Source: Lama glama
Taxonomy: Eukaryota
Direction of reading: 5' to 3'
NCBI GenBank assembly: GCA_028534125.1
Contig: CM052839.1
Span: 14,074,001 to 14,138,000 of the forward strand
Length of the DNA stretch: 64,000 nt
Positions within the stretch are counted from its first letter, which is position 1. Each line of letters opens with the position of its first letter. Shown in pieces: positions 22,570-35,289 of the stretch. The notes under the pieces were generated by a model that worked only from the letters and a program-made list of their open reading frames with translations, made no database searches and was not told the DNA's origin. The position numbers and the translations under genes are program-made.

Positions 22570-25500
22570 CTGCAGGAGGAGAGGCAGAGGCCTGCCCGTC
22601 TGAAAAGCAACCAAGGGTGCGAGCACCTCGGTGAGCTGCAGCGCCGGCAGACCCCAGCCGGGACTGGGGCGGCGGGCCGAGCCCGGCTCCGTGCTGCACC
22701 TTTGGCTCATCCTCCTGACCTGCACCCAGAACGCGCTGCTGGAAGGAAGGCCTTGCTCCCATCCCGAGGCTGTGAGTCTGCCCGAGAAGACGAGGGGCTG
22801 CTGGCTCCGGCCGCCCGCCCTCCACCCTGCTGTTCTCGGGGCTTCCGGGTGACGCGGGCAGCTCCCAGTCCTCCCGGGGCCCAGAGACAGCCTGGGAAAG
22901 GTAACGTCACAGCAGACCCTCGACCTCAGGGGGCTCCACATGTCTTCCCCGCCTCCCCAGACACAGCGACTAGACTTTGGGACCATCACAGGGCTCTGAG
23001 GGGACCGGTGCCCAGGGGGCTCTAGCAACAATGGAGAGACTGAGGCCAGGATGCTCCCCACGTGGGGACACTCAGGGTTGACAGTGTGGGTGTCAGCTCT
23101 CCCCTGCTCGTGCACAGGGAAAAGCAGTTTCTCTCACCCAAAACAATCATCATCAAGAAAGGATTATGCATTAGCCACCGGAAGACGGCCCTTCACACCC
23201 ACAGGGCCTCTACTCTGAGCCTCCTACAACCACAACGATGTGGGAAGTGCCAGGCAGATGTGGACAAACGGGAGAAACCACGACCCTTGCGCATCATTGG
23301 TGGGAAGGTACAAAGGTGCAGCTGCTGTGGAGAAGGGCTCCTGACAAAGCCAAATACGGAACTGCCCCGTGACCCAGCGACTTCCCCCTAGGAGTCGGAA
23401 GAAGGCACTTAAACACCCCCATGTTGGCAGCAGTGTTGTTCACGGCGGCCGCGAGGCGGGAGCCCCCTGCGTGCCAGCTACCAACGATGATGGTGACAGC
23501 AAAGCAGCTCCACCCGACCTGGCAGGAAACACCTCAGCAATGAAGACAAAGCACCATGAACTGACACAACGTTGCAAACTGACTACACTTCAGTAAAAAC
23601 ACGCACACATATGCCACAAAAACTAAAAATTAGAAAAACCAACCAATCAACCAAAACAAAGTACTCACAGCCGCCACAACACGGGGCCTACAAAGCACGA
23701 CGCTCCCTGGGAGACGCAGGCCCGGAACCACGAGGCACACCAGGCACGGTTCCACCCACGTGAACGCCCGGAACGGACACGTCTACGCACGGGGAGGGCC
23801 AGTGGTCGCCCGGACTGGGAGGGATGAGGAGCTGGGGGACAGCTAAGGGGAACAGGGTGTCCTCCTGTGGGGACAAATGTTCTAAACCGGTGGTGACGGC
23901 TGCACAACTTTGCTAACACGAAAACCCACTGAACTACACGCTAAACGCAAGTGAATCCTGTGGTACGTGAGCATCTCAATAAAGCTGTTGTTTGAAAAAC
24001 GACATGAGAAGTTTTAAAACCTCATTCGAAAACCAAGCCGTTATTGAAACCTTAGTAAGCGCGGGTCTCAGAGAAGCTGGGGCTGCCCTTTGCTCCCGCT
24101 GACCAGGAAAACTGAGTCAGCCCCGGCGGCGGCCCTCACAAGCCACCACGGGGTGAAGACGCTGTAAGAAAGTGTCCCTGCGCTCTGAGAGGAAGTCAGG
24201 CGTTGACGGTAGGACCCCCTGCAGGTATGACTCGGGCTCACACAGCAGCGAGGGGCCAGGAGAGTCCCCAGAGGGCCAATACCAGCCCACAGAAGGCACA
24301 CAGAGGACCGGGGACTCCGGACCCTTGGTCACCTGGCCGCAGTCAGGTGGCCACAAGATTAAAAAGGCTGCTGACGGCAAAGTTCCCACTGTCCCCTGAG
24401 GGATCTTAAAATTTGGGCAGAATAAATACAGAACCAGCGAGATTGAGATGAACGTAGCAGAAAATATTTGCTGCTGCAAAGTGTTTTGCGATGAGCTCCT
24501 TTACCCAGGACTTCATTCTGTCACCTCGCCTGCTCTGCAGTGTGGACAGGAGTGACTCTCATGCAAGCCACCAAGAGGCCTTCTCCAGAAGCAGGGGCCG
24601 GGGTGGGCTCTTACCACTCGGAGCTCCTGTGGTAATAGTAGCCCTCGATGGAGGCCGCCGACTTCTGGAAGCAGATGTAGTAGAAGCCGGCGAAGGAGGC
24701 ACCGCTGATGTCTTTGATCGTGTGGTCGGGAACCAGGAACTGCTCCTGCAGGCAGATGGGGGTCAGGAGCTGCAGGCTGCTCCAAGGCCCCACATCGCGG
24801 GGTCTGCCTGGACCTAATGGGGGCGCGACCCCTGCGCTTCAGCCCTGCCTGTGCTCACGCTCTGGTGCCGCTACTGAGTTCAGACTCCCATGCACTGAGC
24901 CCGCCAGGCCTGTCAGCAGCCAGTAGGAGGCGCCGAGGCCTCGCTTCCCTCTCCCAGAGCCCAGGGAAGGATGGCCGGAGCAGCACCTTCTGCCCGACCC
25001 CGGGAACCATCACCAGGTTCCCAGTTACCCCGAGAGCCAAGGGTCACTTCTGCTGGCCAGGGGTGAGGCCAGTAGAGGGCAGGGGAGACCCCAGCAGCAG
25101 TCAGAACGGTGCTACCTTGATCAGAACTCACCTGTGGTGGAGCCGGCCCTCCCGGGGGGCGAGGTCAGGAACCCCAGGAGGCCCACAGGGGCGTCACCCT
25201 GAGAGATTCCTGAGACCAAACAACTCTCCTTCCCTTCCCCAACCTCTGAAACTGCAGTTTTTACCATTAACTTTAAAGTAGAAGCTCACGGGGCCCTTCT
25301 TTTAGCGGGTTTGGTTGGCAGAGCTCCCAGGGAGCCCGCCGGGGCCTACCTTCCACCTCATGAAGACGTAATCCCCGTTCTTCAGCGCCTCGTAGTCAAA
25401 GTCATCTGAATTAAATGACTTTGCATACTGATAAAAGGCCAGAAACTTGCCCTGAAAACAGAAAACAGAGAATGAGGACCATGGACGGGGGTGTCCAGCT

Positions 25501-28500
25501 CCGGGGCCCACGCCTGCCCAGGGGACGCCCGGGGAAAGGCCGCAGGATGGGAGTGGCTGCGGTGGGGGCCTCTGCTCAGGCACCGTCCCTGGGCAGACAA
25601 AGCGGGGCGGCCGGTGAGGGGGTGTCCAAGCGGGCAGTGCTGAAGGCTCATTGGGGCCGGAGGGGAGCGGTAAAGCAGGCCCGGACACGGCACTGAGGCG
25701 CGTGGCCACGAGTGGAGCAGCGACCAGAAAAGGCTGCTAGGGAGCTGCACCGTACGGGCGTGTGTTTGTTTTTAAAAAAGGACTTGTATCCGAAGACGTT
25801 TAGGAAAAGGTTAACACCTGTTGTGGTTTCAGGTGTTTGTCATTATAGGTGGTTTTTTTCCCCTCCTGCTTTAATTTTTTCAAACATTTAAAACTCAGCA
25901 TGGGCGCACAGCGGGAAGCTCCGGGCTGTGGAGCGGTGGGAGGAAAGCGCCTCGGCCCAGCGGCCGGGCCCAGGGGGGCCGCCTCAGTCTCTCTCTCACT
26001 CAAAAGAGTTCAGTCCAGCCTAAGAAGGCTGGAGGCCGGCTGTTTCCAGTGAGAGTCGGTGGAAAATTAAAGGCTGCATTCCAGGTACTTCCTCTGCCAC
26101 CAATTCCGCCTCAAATGGGTTTTCACTGGCCCCACAGACCCTGCTTTGCAAGACCAGGCTGGCTGGCAGACGGGCTGAGCAGGAGAGGAAGGCCCCGGGG
26201 CTCCCCCGGCTCCCCACACCTCTGGACACTGGATCCTGTTCACTCCGTCCAGTTACCGAGCCACAGACGACTGTCTACCTTTCAGGGTCTGTTTCCTACA
26301 GTGGTCAAAGCACGTAGCTTTCCAAACACATTCTTAAAAGCTCAAGTTTAAATTCGATCATTTGATAGATGTTCCTTTCCTAACTCAAGGGAGAACTTTA
26401 GTAAGAAAGCAGCTGATCTGCAGGGAGGTCCAGTCAGACGCGGGTCAGCAGGAGCCTGGTCTCAAGGGAGCACAAACGGCTGGCTGTGAGGGCGGGGAAG
26501 GTGATCTGTTCTAGGACCTTCACTACTGACGCGTCAGGCTGCTGGGTTTGGGGCGAGCACACTGAACATCCTCAGTGCGAAACCAAAACTCTCCGTCAGC
26601 ACAGCAACTAAGTCCAAGGGCTGTAAGGACAGGCTGAGAAGTGGATTCTTACACACAAGACTCGAATGGCCCCGAGCAGAGGGGCCCCAGCTGCCTCGAC
26701 ATGCCCACCGCTGGGTGAGCACATGGCCCCACTCGACAGCTGGGGGTTTCAGGGGCATCCTGGCTGCACTTAAGCTGTGCTGTCAGAGTCAGGGCAGGAG
26801 CTGTATCTCCATCCTGGCCAACCCTACTGTGAGAGGCCGCCCCGGGCGGTGCAGGCTCCCACGGGGAGAGCAGAGAAGTGAGAGAGGGACAGGGGACCAG
26901 ACCCGAGGGCCCAGAGCAGAGTCACTCACCCAGTGCTTCCGGTCCACATCCTCGTCCGCGTCCCACTTTCGAGTTAAGAAAGGGTGTTTTTTGCTGATTA
27001 TTTCTCCTTCAAAGAAGGTCGTGAGGGTTGGATATTCCTATGGTAAAAACCCAAATTTCAACACAAGGTGTCAAAACAGTTTCCACCGTTCACAAAGGAA
27101 AAACCACCCTGGCTTTAACTTCTTCCCAAAACTGTGAAAAAATGATCACACTGCTGAGCGACCAGCCAGACCAGAGCTGGGTCCAGTAGCCGTGGATGCG
27201 GGTGGGGGGGTCTCCTGGGCTCCAAGCACTCGGCTAGAAGCAGAGAACATCCCAACACACCTGTTCTGTGTTGACGGACAAGTCATTTCTGAATATCCTC
27301 ATGTACGAAGCAGACAGTAACTGTAGGTTTTACTTACCAAGGAGGACACCCAGAGAGGCTCCCAGATCACAGCCCCGCCTCCCTTGCACCATGGCCCGGC
27401 CACCACGCCTCCAGCTGGCTCTGTCCCTGTCCCCTGTGCACCAGCCTTTGGGTTTTGGGGGTGGTGGTGGCAGAATACCTTGATATACTAGGCAAATGTT
27501 TAATTCTATCACAGGAGCCGAGACCACTCACAGCTGGGGAAACATTCTGAAACTGTCTGCACTGGGAAGCCACAACCACTGGGAAATAAAGGAGCCACCC
27601 CCTTGACCAGGTGTACGGGACCCTCCTGTCCATCTGGCCACCTGTTCCTCTGCTAATGAGGCGGCACCACAGATGTGAAAACAATGAACGGAAGGAAAAG
27701 TCAACACTGTGCAAGGTTTACAGTTTCTCTGCATTTGGAAAAACCAACCACGTGGCCCCCGTGCAGCCTACCAGCCCGGGTGCTGCCCCAGGACCACAGA
27801 GGTCCACTTTCCTCTTTACCCTCTACATATGCTCCTCCCGGTTAAACAAATCTGTTTCGATGGCTTTGCCATTTCTCCCGGCTTGGCCCGCCAGGGAGCG
27901 TGGGGTCCTCCCGGGGGAGCACGGCCACTACTGCCACGACAGCAGAGGTGCCTTCTGGCCCCACCGGGCAGTCTGTCCTCATGGCAATGGGCTCTGGAAC
28001 AGTACAGACTTACCATCCCCCCAGGACCGCCACCTCCTCACCCCTCTGTCGCAGGGATCCATGAACAGATACTTACATACACAGAATTAAAGAGGAGAAA
28101 AGTTCCTAGGTGGAAACCAGATTTTAAAGGTATAAACTAAATCATACTGATCTGTTTTAGGAAGGACTGCTATGCGGAAAAGTTCTCTGTAAGTCAGCAC
28201 CTGACCTGAGATGTTAAATTAAAAGCCACATAGAGCGTGTTGCTTTCCTGAGTTTTGAACCTTCGTATTTTTTCAAGACTTCCATGAGAGACAAGAATAA
28301 AGTGATCAAGTTGTCACAAAAACTGGCTGGAGGTGGGTCTGGCTTTCCAGGAAGACCTGCCTTCTGGGGGGATTAATGTTCAACTGGCCAGCAAGGCAGA
28401 GACCAGCGGAACACGGCACCCCCACCTAGCAGAGCAGGGGCTGGCAGTGCCAGGAGTCGGTCAGTATGAACACCTGTGACCACCTGTGACCTGTCTCCCC

Positions 28501-31500
28501 CATTTCAAGCAAACCGAGCACAACCTCAGGAGCCCCCCAACCTGTTTAGGGGTGACGGGGGGCCTGGCCATGACCCCCAGCGTGGGGCCTCCACATGGAT
28601 GTCCCTGTCCCTCCTCGTGGCCGGCCTGGGATCACAAAGAGGATGCTATTTGACACCCACTCCCGCACAATTCTGGGATGTAATGTCCAGAGGGCACACC
28701 AACTTCAAACACCATGCCTGTTGGTGAACATGAGGCAGGTAGGAGGCACCTGAATAGTTCGTTTTCCACGCTTCTGTATCGCAACTAAGGACCAAGACCC
28801 CAGCCACTCACGTCTGCTATTTTAACAACTGTAAACGGAGGAGCAAACACAAGTGGTCACCTGTGTTTTACAACAGGTGTAAAGCCACTGAGAGACTCAT
28901 CACCCTTCTCTGCATTTCATAGGCCATCGAGTGACCCCACGCTAGATCTGTTATTTAGGAAATTATCAGGAGGCCATACAACATTGTGACTGAGCCAAAA
29001 GCCCATGAATTGTATGTTTAAGTGGGTGAACTGTCAGGGACGTGAACTACTTCTCGGTAAAGGTGCTAAAAAAAGTTCTAAAAAAGATGAATTCAAAGAC
29101 TCTTGCGGCTTGGGCAGGACAAAGGCGCAGGAGACGGCCGCCGCTTGCCAGCCTGGAGCGGCTGCAGTGCCACAGCGGACCCCGCTCGGCATGCGGGCGG
29201 AGGGGCTGTGCCAGCACCGCTTCCCCCGGGAGCCAGGTGTCCAAGCCGCCTTCACCAGGGCCACAAGCTCCCGATGGAAGGGTCACAGCATCTCCGTCCG
29301 CCGTTGGCAGACTTTTCATGCTACTTAGCCATTTCCGTGAGGCTTCCTAAGACCAGAATGACCAGTTTTGGAATCAGCGCCAGCATTCCACGTTACAAAC
29401 CATGCTGGTTTCCTCGTGTGTGCGCTCCGCTCAGGCAGTACCTCGTCGGCCGCGCGCAGCTCAGCCTGCTCTGTTCTCACGGTCTCGCGACCGCGAGCAA
29501 GTCCACGGTGAGAGCCCTGCATTTCACTGTCATTTTCTACCCCTGCCTGGCTGGATGTTTCTTGAGGTGGGAAGAGACAGCTTTTTGTCTCAACCACAAA
29601 CTTCATTGGAAATTGTCAAACTCCTAGTGGAGAAGGAGGGAGCCAGGGGAACAGGGGAGACGGAAACGAGGGCTCCAGACTGAGGACGCTCAGTGCCTTG
29701 GTGAGCATCCAGCACGGTGACCGCTCATGGACGCTGTGCCCCTGGGGACGGAGCGGGCACTTGGAATTCCCACTTACGGACGAGGAAACTGACCAGAGAG
29801 AACCCACAGGTCACGGGGCCGGGAAGGGGCAGGGCGAGTGGGCCAGCCCTCCTCCCCACTTCAGGCTGGCCGCCGGGCCGCCTGCCAGGTGCACACTTAC
29901 CTCGGTGAGGCCCTTGATCTTCAGGTAGCCACACAGGTACGAGTTCCCCGTGTCCACGTGCTGCAGGGAGATGATACACAGCCCGTCACAAACAGGAGGC
30001 GCTAGGCACGCACTGGGTGTGTCCAGCAGGTGCAGGAGCCAGGAGGTCGGCCATCCCCACCCCTCGAGCCTGCTAGGACGAGCACACTGACCCCAGGATC
30101 CTCCAGCTCCCTCAGTGGGACACCCTGCGTGCCCTTCAGGACAGGGGCCCCCACCTCATCTCTGCATGGCTTCCTCACGGCCCCATGGGCCGAGCAAGTC
30201 CACCCAGCCTACTCCCAGACCAGCCTGCAGCATTTCTTTGTGAACCAGGACATCAGAAAGGGCCTCTTATGAAGACTTCAGTGGTATACATATCAGTTAG
30301 GAGCCCATTTTGTAGAAGGGTGTGTGTGCCCCTGACCAGAAGAATCAGGAGCCTCCAATCAAATAAAGGGGGTGGAAGGCACGTGGGCTGTGACGCTTAG
30401 GGGCCACCAATCGCTGGCTGCTGAGACACTGCCCCACACCCACCCATCCCCCAACCTCCTCCTCCTCCTCCAGGCCGGCAGGGCCCAGATCCGCCCCGAA
30501 AGACCAGCAGCCCTGAAGGACCCAGGCAAGTGCGCACCCCAAGCCCTTGCAAGTCACAGGTTCAGGCCGATCAGACGTGTGCGCGAGCCTTCTGGGTTCC
30601 CTCCTTCTGCTCCCCGCACTGCCCAGTCCTGGGCCTCCAGCGATAAGGCACTGGAACAGCCCGAGAATGCCCAGAAGATGGCACGGGAAGATGCAAGGAA
30701 CGGGCCGTTGGAAGCAATGGGCCCCCCGGCCTTCATGCTGTCGTGGGACGGATACGGTTACCGGCACCTGAACGCGCCCTCACCAGCACGTTTCCCCAGC
30801 CTGCACTGACTCATCCCAAGTGGGCAGACTTCAGACGTCCTGACGACCGGGCCCCTCACGGAGCAGCCCCGGGACGAGGCAGGAGGCAGCACGCCGGCCC
30901 CACAGCCGCTGAGGCTCAGTGCTGAGCGAGGCCGCGTTTCAGAAGCCAGGAAAGTCTCTGGCATTTCTCAGATCTGGGGACTCAACTTCTCCAGCACACC
31001 ATAAATCACATACTCAGGCGAACCTTTAAACTGTGGTGAAGCCAGCCAGCCAGCTGAGTTCAGCACCAAAGCCAGCGGGTTTCAGCGAAGTGGCCCCACC
31101 ATCCAGTTGGGGACAGAGGTCTCCGCCCATACCCCGCAATGTCCTCACCTCCCAACGCTAGCCTCAGACCATCTGCGTTACAGGGCTCAGCAAAGAACGT
31201 GTGTGAAGGACTCAGAGCTCTACCCTGAGGCCTTCAGTCCCACGTGTGCAGGTCTCGCTGGACTCAGTATGGTTTGGGGTTTCACAGCTGTGGAAAGGGG
31301 ATCAGGTGGCAGAGATACTTGCTAATAAGATTAAAAATCAAACCATAAATTGGCCAACGTTTGCCAGATTATCACAGCTCAAGAGTCAGAATCCCGGCCT
31401 GGCCTCCACCCCACCACGTGTCACCCAGCTCCGCCCAAGCTGATCGTGACGACGGCTGGGGACTCAGACACACCGCGGGGCAGAGGGTTTTCAACGGACG

Positions 31501-34500
31501 CCGCACCAGCCCCTCCGTGAGAAGGAGGGCGAGGCAAGCACTGAGCAAGCGGGTCTTACAGAGCAGCTGTGTCCAGCAGCTGCTCTTTGGAGCACGCCTT
31601 TCACAGCAACCCAACCTTCGTTTCCGTCTTGGCTTCTTGGATGGTAGAGGAGTCACAGTAGCAAGAAAAAGACCCGGGCAGCAGCTCGTCAAGGTCTGAG
31701 GAACCCTTTAAAGTGAATTGCCAAAAAAAGAAAGTGCTCCGGAAGCACGGAAGAGATGCCCAGCGCCACGTGCCATCAGGGAAGCTCAGGCCCAAACCAC
31801 CGTGAGCTACCACCTCACGCCAGCAGGACAGCTACCACCAAAAAGAGGGCCGAGGACACGGAGAAACCAGCACCCTCACACGCTGCCAGTGGAAAAGCCT
31901 GACGGTGCAGACACTGGAAATCTGTCTGGCGGTTCCTCAGAACGGTGAGCCCTGAATTACCACGTGACCCAGGGTTCCACTCGGAGGGAGACACCCAAGA
32001 GAAACGACGTATATGTACTCCAACACTCGTAGTGAATGTTCACAGCCGCGTGATTCACAGTCGCCCAAAAGTGGAAACAACCAAATACCCGTCCCAATCA
32101 ACGCATAAACAACAAGCNNNNNNNNNNNNNNNNNNNNNNNNNNNNNNNNNNNNNNNNNNNNNNNNNNNNNNNNNNNNNNNNNNNNNNNNNNNNNNNNNNN
32201 NNNNNNNNNNNNNNNNNAGGGTGTGGCAGCTAAGGGATATGGAGTTTCTCTGGGGGATGATGAAGATGTTCTAAAATTAGATCACAGTGATGGTTACACA
32301 ACTGTGTGTCTGTACTAAAAACTACTGAATTGTGTACATTGAATGGGTGGGCTGTATGCTATGCACGAATCGTATCTCAACCAAGCCGTTGTGCAAAATA
32401 GACGGAAAGCAGGAAAGAGATGGAGTCACAAAAGGCAGACGTGTTCTAGGAAGACTGAGTCCAAGGAACCAGTCCTGGCTGAAAAACCAGATGATGGGGA
32501 AGTTCACATGCTTCCGACCACCTCCACGATGGCCAAGGTGCTCACCAGCCCAGACACAGGGCAGCACTCCTGGACGTGGCCCCGCCCCCACCACGAGACA
32601 CCCACTCAAAGTGGCCTCGTGCCACCAGCCAGGTCTCTGCTCTGGGCCGCCCTGGGACGGACCAGTCATGCACCAACCCAACCCCCACAGCCAGGTGCTC
32701 ACGAGGACACTGGCACCTGACAGGAATTCAGAAACAACACGTGAACGACAGAGAGTGACCTCCCTCTCTGTGACACCTGGCTACCCTGCCGTTTGTCCCC
32801 AACCCTGTCAGAAACCATCCAATTCAACGATGGGCACAAATTCAGGATCATTCCCAACATGACCCACACTGGGGATCTCACTTCTAGAATGTTATGTATG
32901 ATTGGTTGTGAAAAAAAAAAAAGCCTGTACCTTCCTACTAAATTCTCACATTTAAAGCAAAAGGGGGCTCGCCACATCAGGCATGTAACTATGAAGACTG
33001 AAAGAACTCAGCCACAGCGGTTTTCCAGTTACAGTCACTATCAAGGCTCATGATAGAAATTTAAGTTTATAGACCAAAGATACAATTAACGTGGAAATAC
33101 AGTTTTCCAAATCAAAATAAGGGAAAATTATTTATTTCCAAAAACCAGTAAGAAAAAAAAAGGCTAATGAATGCTCAACAACGAGCAAACCTTGAAGATT
33201 TAAGATCATTAAAGGACAAAGGGCCAACCTAAGGAAAAGAGACGTCCTCTTTCTGTCCTCACACGTGGGAGCAGAAGGCAGCACATTGGACTGCAAAGCT
33301 TCTGGAAGGCCTTTTAAGGAGACAGATGTTTGGAGGGGCTTTGGGGAACCATCTAGGAAGTGGGGTATCAGGCTAAGAACCAAGGGAAAAATGGAGGGGG
33401 TCCTGAGGCAGGCCAGGGGAGCACAGAGGAGGAGCAGTTCTCTAGGAAGGGAGAGAAAAGGGAGCATTCACCACTGCACATCCCCTTTGGCTGGGAAAAG
33501 ATGTCAAGTGTGTCACCATCTGCTTGAGGGGTGTCTGGTGCAGGAAAGGGCTAGGACAGGTGAAGCTGCAGTTCCGAGCCATCAGGGGCTGGCAGCAGGT
33601 TCTCAGAAATCCAGCTCAAATCGGGGGGAGGCGGGTGGACATGGGAAGGAAATACTGTATGAGAAATACAACTGGGTGAGTTAGATTTCTGGGGACAGGA
33701 GACTGGAAGGAAGCCCTGGCCGTGTAAGTGAAAGTTAAGAACATGGGAAGAAGGTCCCCTGGAGCCAGAAAGGAGGCAAACGCAGATATGGGACAGGTGG
33801 TCTGGGTAGCTGGACCGAGGAGACTGGGACTGAGCGGCTGGAGTGTGAAGAGGATGGGGTAGGCCAGGGGGTGAGGCCCAAGCCGTGCCTGGGCCAGGAA
33901 GAGACTGGGGTAGGGGGGCTGGAAGGCCAGCTCCTAACAGACAGTGAGGAGCCCACCCAGGACTGGGTGCCCGGCCTGTGGCGCAGGAGTCAGTGGTGGG
34001 CAGGGGCTCTCAGGCTCAGTGGCTCACGGAGGGAGGGGGCTGACGAAGCCCTCCCGAGGAGGAAATCCCGGAGGCGGCCGCGGCCCCAGGGCCTGAGGCT
34101 TTCTGGGAGCCAGGAGAGGGTTGGGGGCAGGAGGCACGTCTCAAGCCTGGGAGGGTCCCGAGTCAGGAGAAACCAGTGGGAGAGAGCTTCAGGGTCCAGT
34201 AGGGCCGGAGGGAGGGCTGGTCCTGGGCGACAGGCCACAGGGAGGAAGGATCCAGGTCTGAGGAGGCCGGTCACGGGGGCTTCCGGACACCAGCGGTCGG
34301 TGGCCGGCTTGGGCCCCAGGGGCTGGGGTGCTCCAAGAAGGGGCAGGCCCGGGGGCGGGCAGGTCGTGGGGAGGCCGGCGGCAGGCCCGCGGCAAGGCCT
34401 GACCGCGGCCTCGGGCTCGAGGAGTCGGCGGCGCGGCGCGGCGCGGCCGGGCCCGTGGGCGCCGCGAGAGGCCCGGCCGCCCCGCCCCCGGCCCCCGGCC

Positions 34501-34716
34501 CCGANNNNNNNNNNNNNNNNNNNNNNNNNNNNNNNNNNNNNNNNNNNNNNNNNNNNNNNNNNNNNNNNNNNNNNNNNNNNNNNNNNNNNNNNNNNNNNNN
34601 NNNNNNNNNNNNNNNNNNNNNNNNNNNNNNNNNNNNNNNNNNNNNNNNNNNNNNNNNNNNNNNNNNNNCGCGGCCGAGGCACCGGCCGGCGGGGGACACT
34701 CGGTGCGGACCGGCAT
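22506..34716 (-). CDS. GID4: GID complex subunit 4, the Pro/N-degron receptor of the CTLH/GID E3 ligase (VID24 homolog); about 217 aa from MPVRTEC
   Basis: complement(join(22506..22569,24615..24745,25350..25451,26930..27037,29901..29960,~34528..34716)). The 3' part of exon 1 lies in N-gap 34505-34668. Exon peptides: [32 protein letters not shown]..., GKFLAFYQY..., [11 protein letters not shown]..., [20 protein letters not shown]. Confidence 0.96.
23140..24000 (+). mobile_element. Old L1M (L1MB-like) 3' portion in GID4 intron 5
   Basis: Degenerate GTGGGAAGGTACAAAGGTGCAGCTGCTGTGGAGAA...CCGTGACCCAGCGACTTCCCCCTAG and terminal ATCTCAATAAAGCTGTT. Confidence 0.65.
24615..24745 (-). CDS. GID4: GID4 exon 5
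   Basis: [43 protein letters not shown](W); |gtaaga. Confidence 0.95.
25350..25451 (-). CDS. GID4: GID4 exon 4
   Basis: [34 protein letters not shown]; |gtaggc. Confidence 0.95.
26930..27037 (-). CDS. GID4: GID4 exon 3
   Basis: [36 protein letters not shown]; |gtgagt. Confidence 0.95.
29901..29960 (-). CDS. GID4: GID4 exon 2
   Basis: [20 protein letters not shown]; cag| and |gtaagt. Confidence 0.95.
31725..32400 (+). mobile_element. Old L1M (L1MB-like) 3' portion in GID4 intron 1, containing a 100-N gap
   Basis: CCATCAGGGAAGCTCAGGCCCAAACCACCGTGAGCTACCACCTCACGCC...GATGTTCTAAAATTAGAT...GTATCTCAACCAAGCCGTT. Confidence 0.65.
34505..34668. other. Assembly gap (N run). Other gaps: 18139-18302, 18323-18471, 32118-32217.
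   Basis: Runs of N in the sequence. Confidence 0.99.
34528..34716 (-). CDS. GID4: GID4 coding exon 1 (only 34669-34716 is visible; the rest is in the gap and the lower boundary is estimated)
   Basis: ATG at 34716: [16 protein letters not shown], then Ns. The gap size fits the missing ~47 codons. Confidence 0.8.
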
Positions 34717-35289
34717 CGCGGGGTCCCCGGGAGCCAGGGCTGGGGGAGGGGGAGGAACCGCCGCCGCCGCGTGGGAGCCAAGGAGGGCGGCCGGGGCGGA
34801 GGCCGGCGCGCGCGTGGGGCGGGAGGGGTCCACCCGCCCGCCGCCTGCGGACCAGGCGCTCCGGCCGCCACCGGGACCCCGGGACCTGCGAGCGGGGCCT
34901 CCGGGTCCTGAGCGAGCCCCCTCCCCGCCTGCGCTCGCACACACACCCCTTCCGATTGGCTCGGGCGCGCCGCGGGGCGGGAGCAGGCTGGCGCGGCGCT
35001 TCCGCCCATTGGCCGGCGGAGACAGCACGTGGCGGGCGCCTGGCCCTCTGGGACTTGTAGTCTTCGTCCCGAGGCGCGGCGCGGGGGCGGGGCCCGGGCG
35101 TTTGTGACGCTGATTGGCTGCGGCGTGCGAGGGGCGCGGGTGACGGCGCGCCGTGAGTGTTTCGCGCAACATGGCGGCGCCCAGGGAGGCTGAGGACGCC
35201 GGCGGCCGGTGAGACGCTGCGTGCGGCCCCCCTATCCTGTGTTTCCCGCGCTCAGCTCTCACGCGGTTGTCCTCCCAGGCCCCCGCGCG

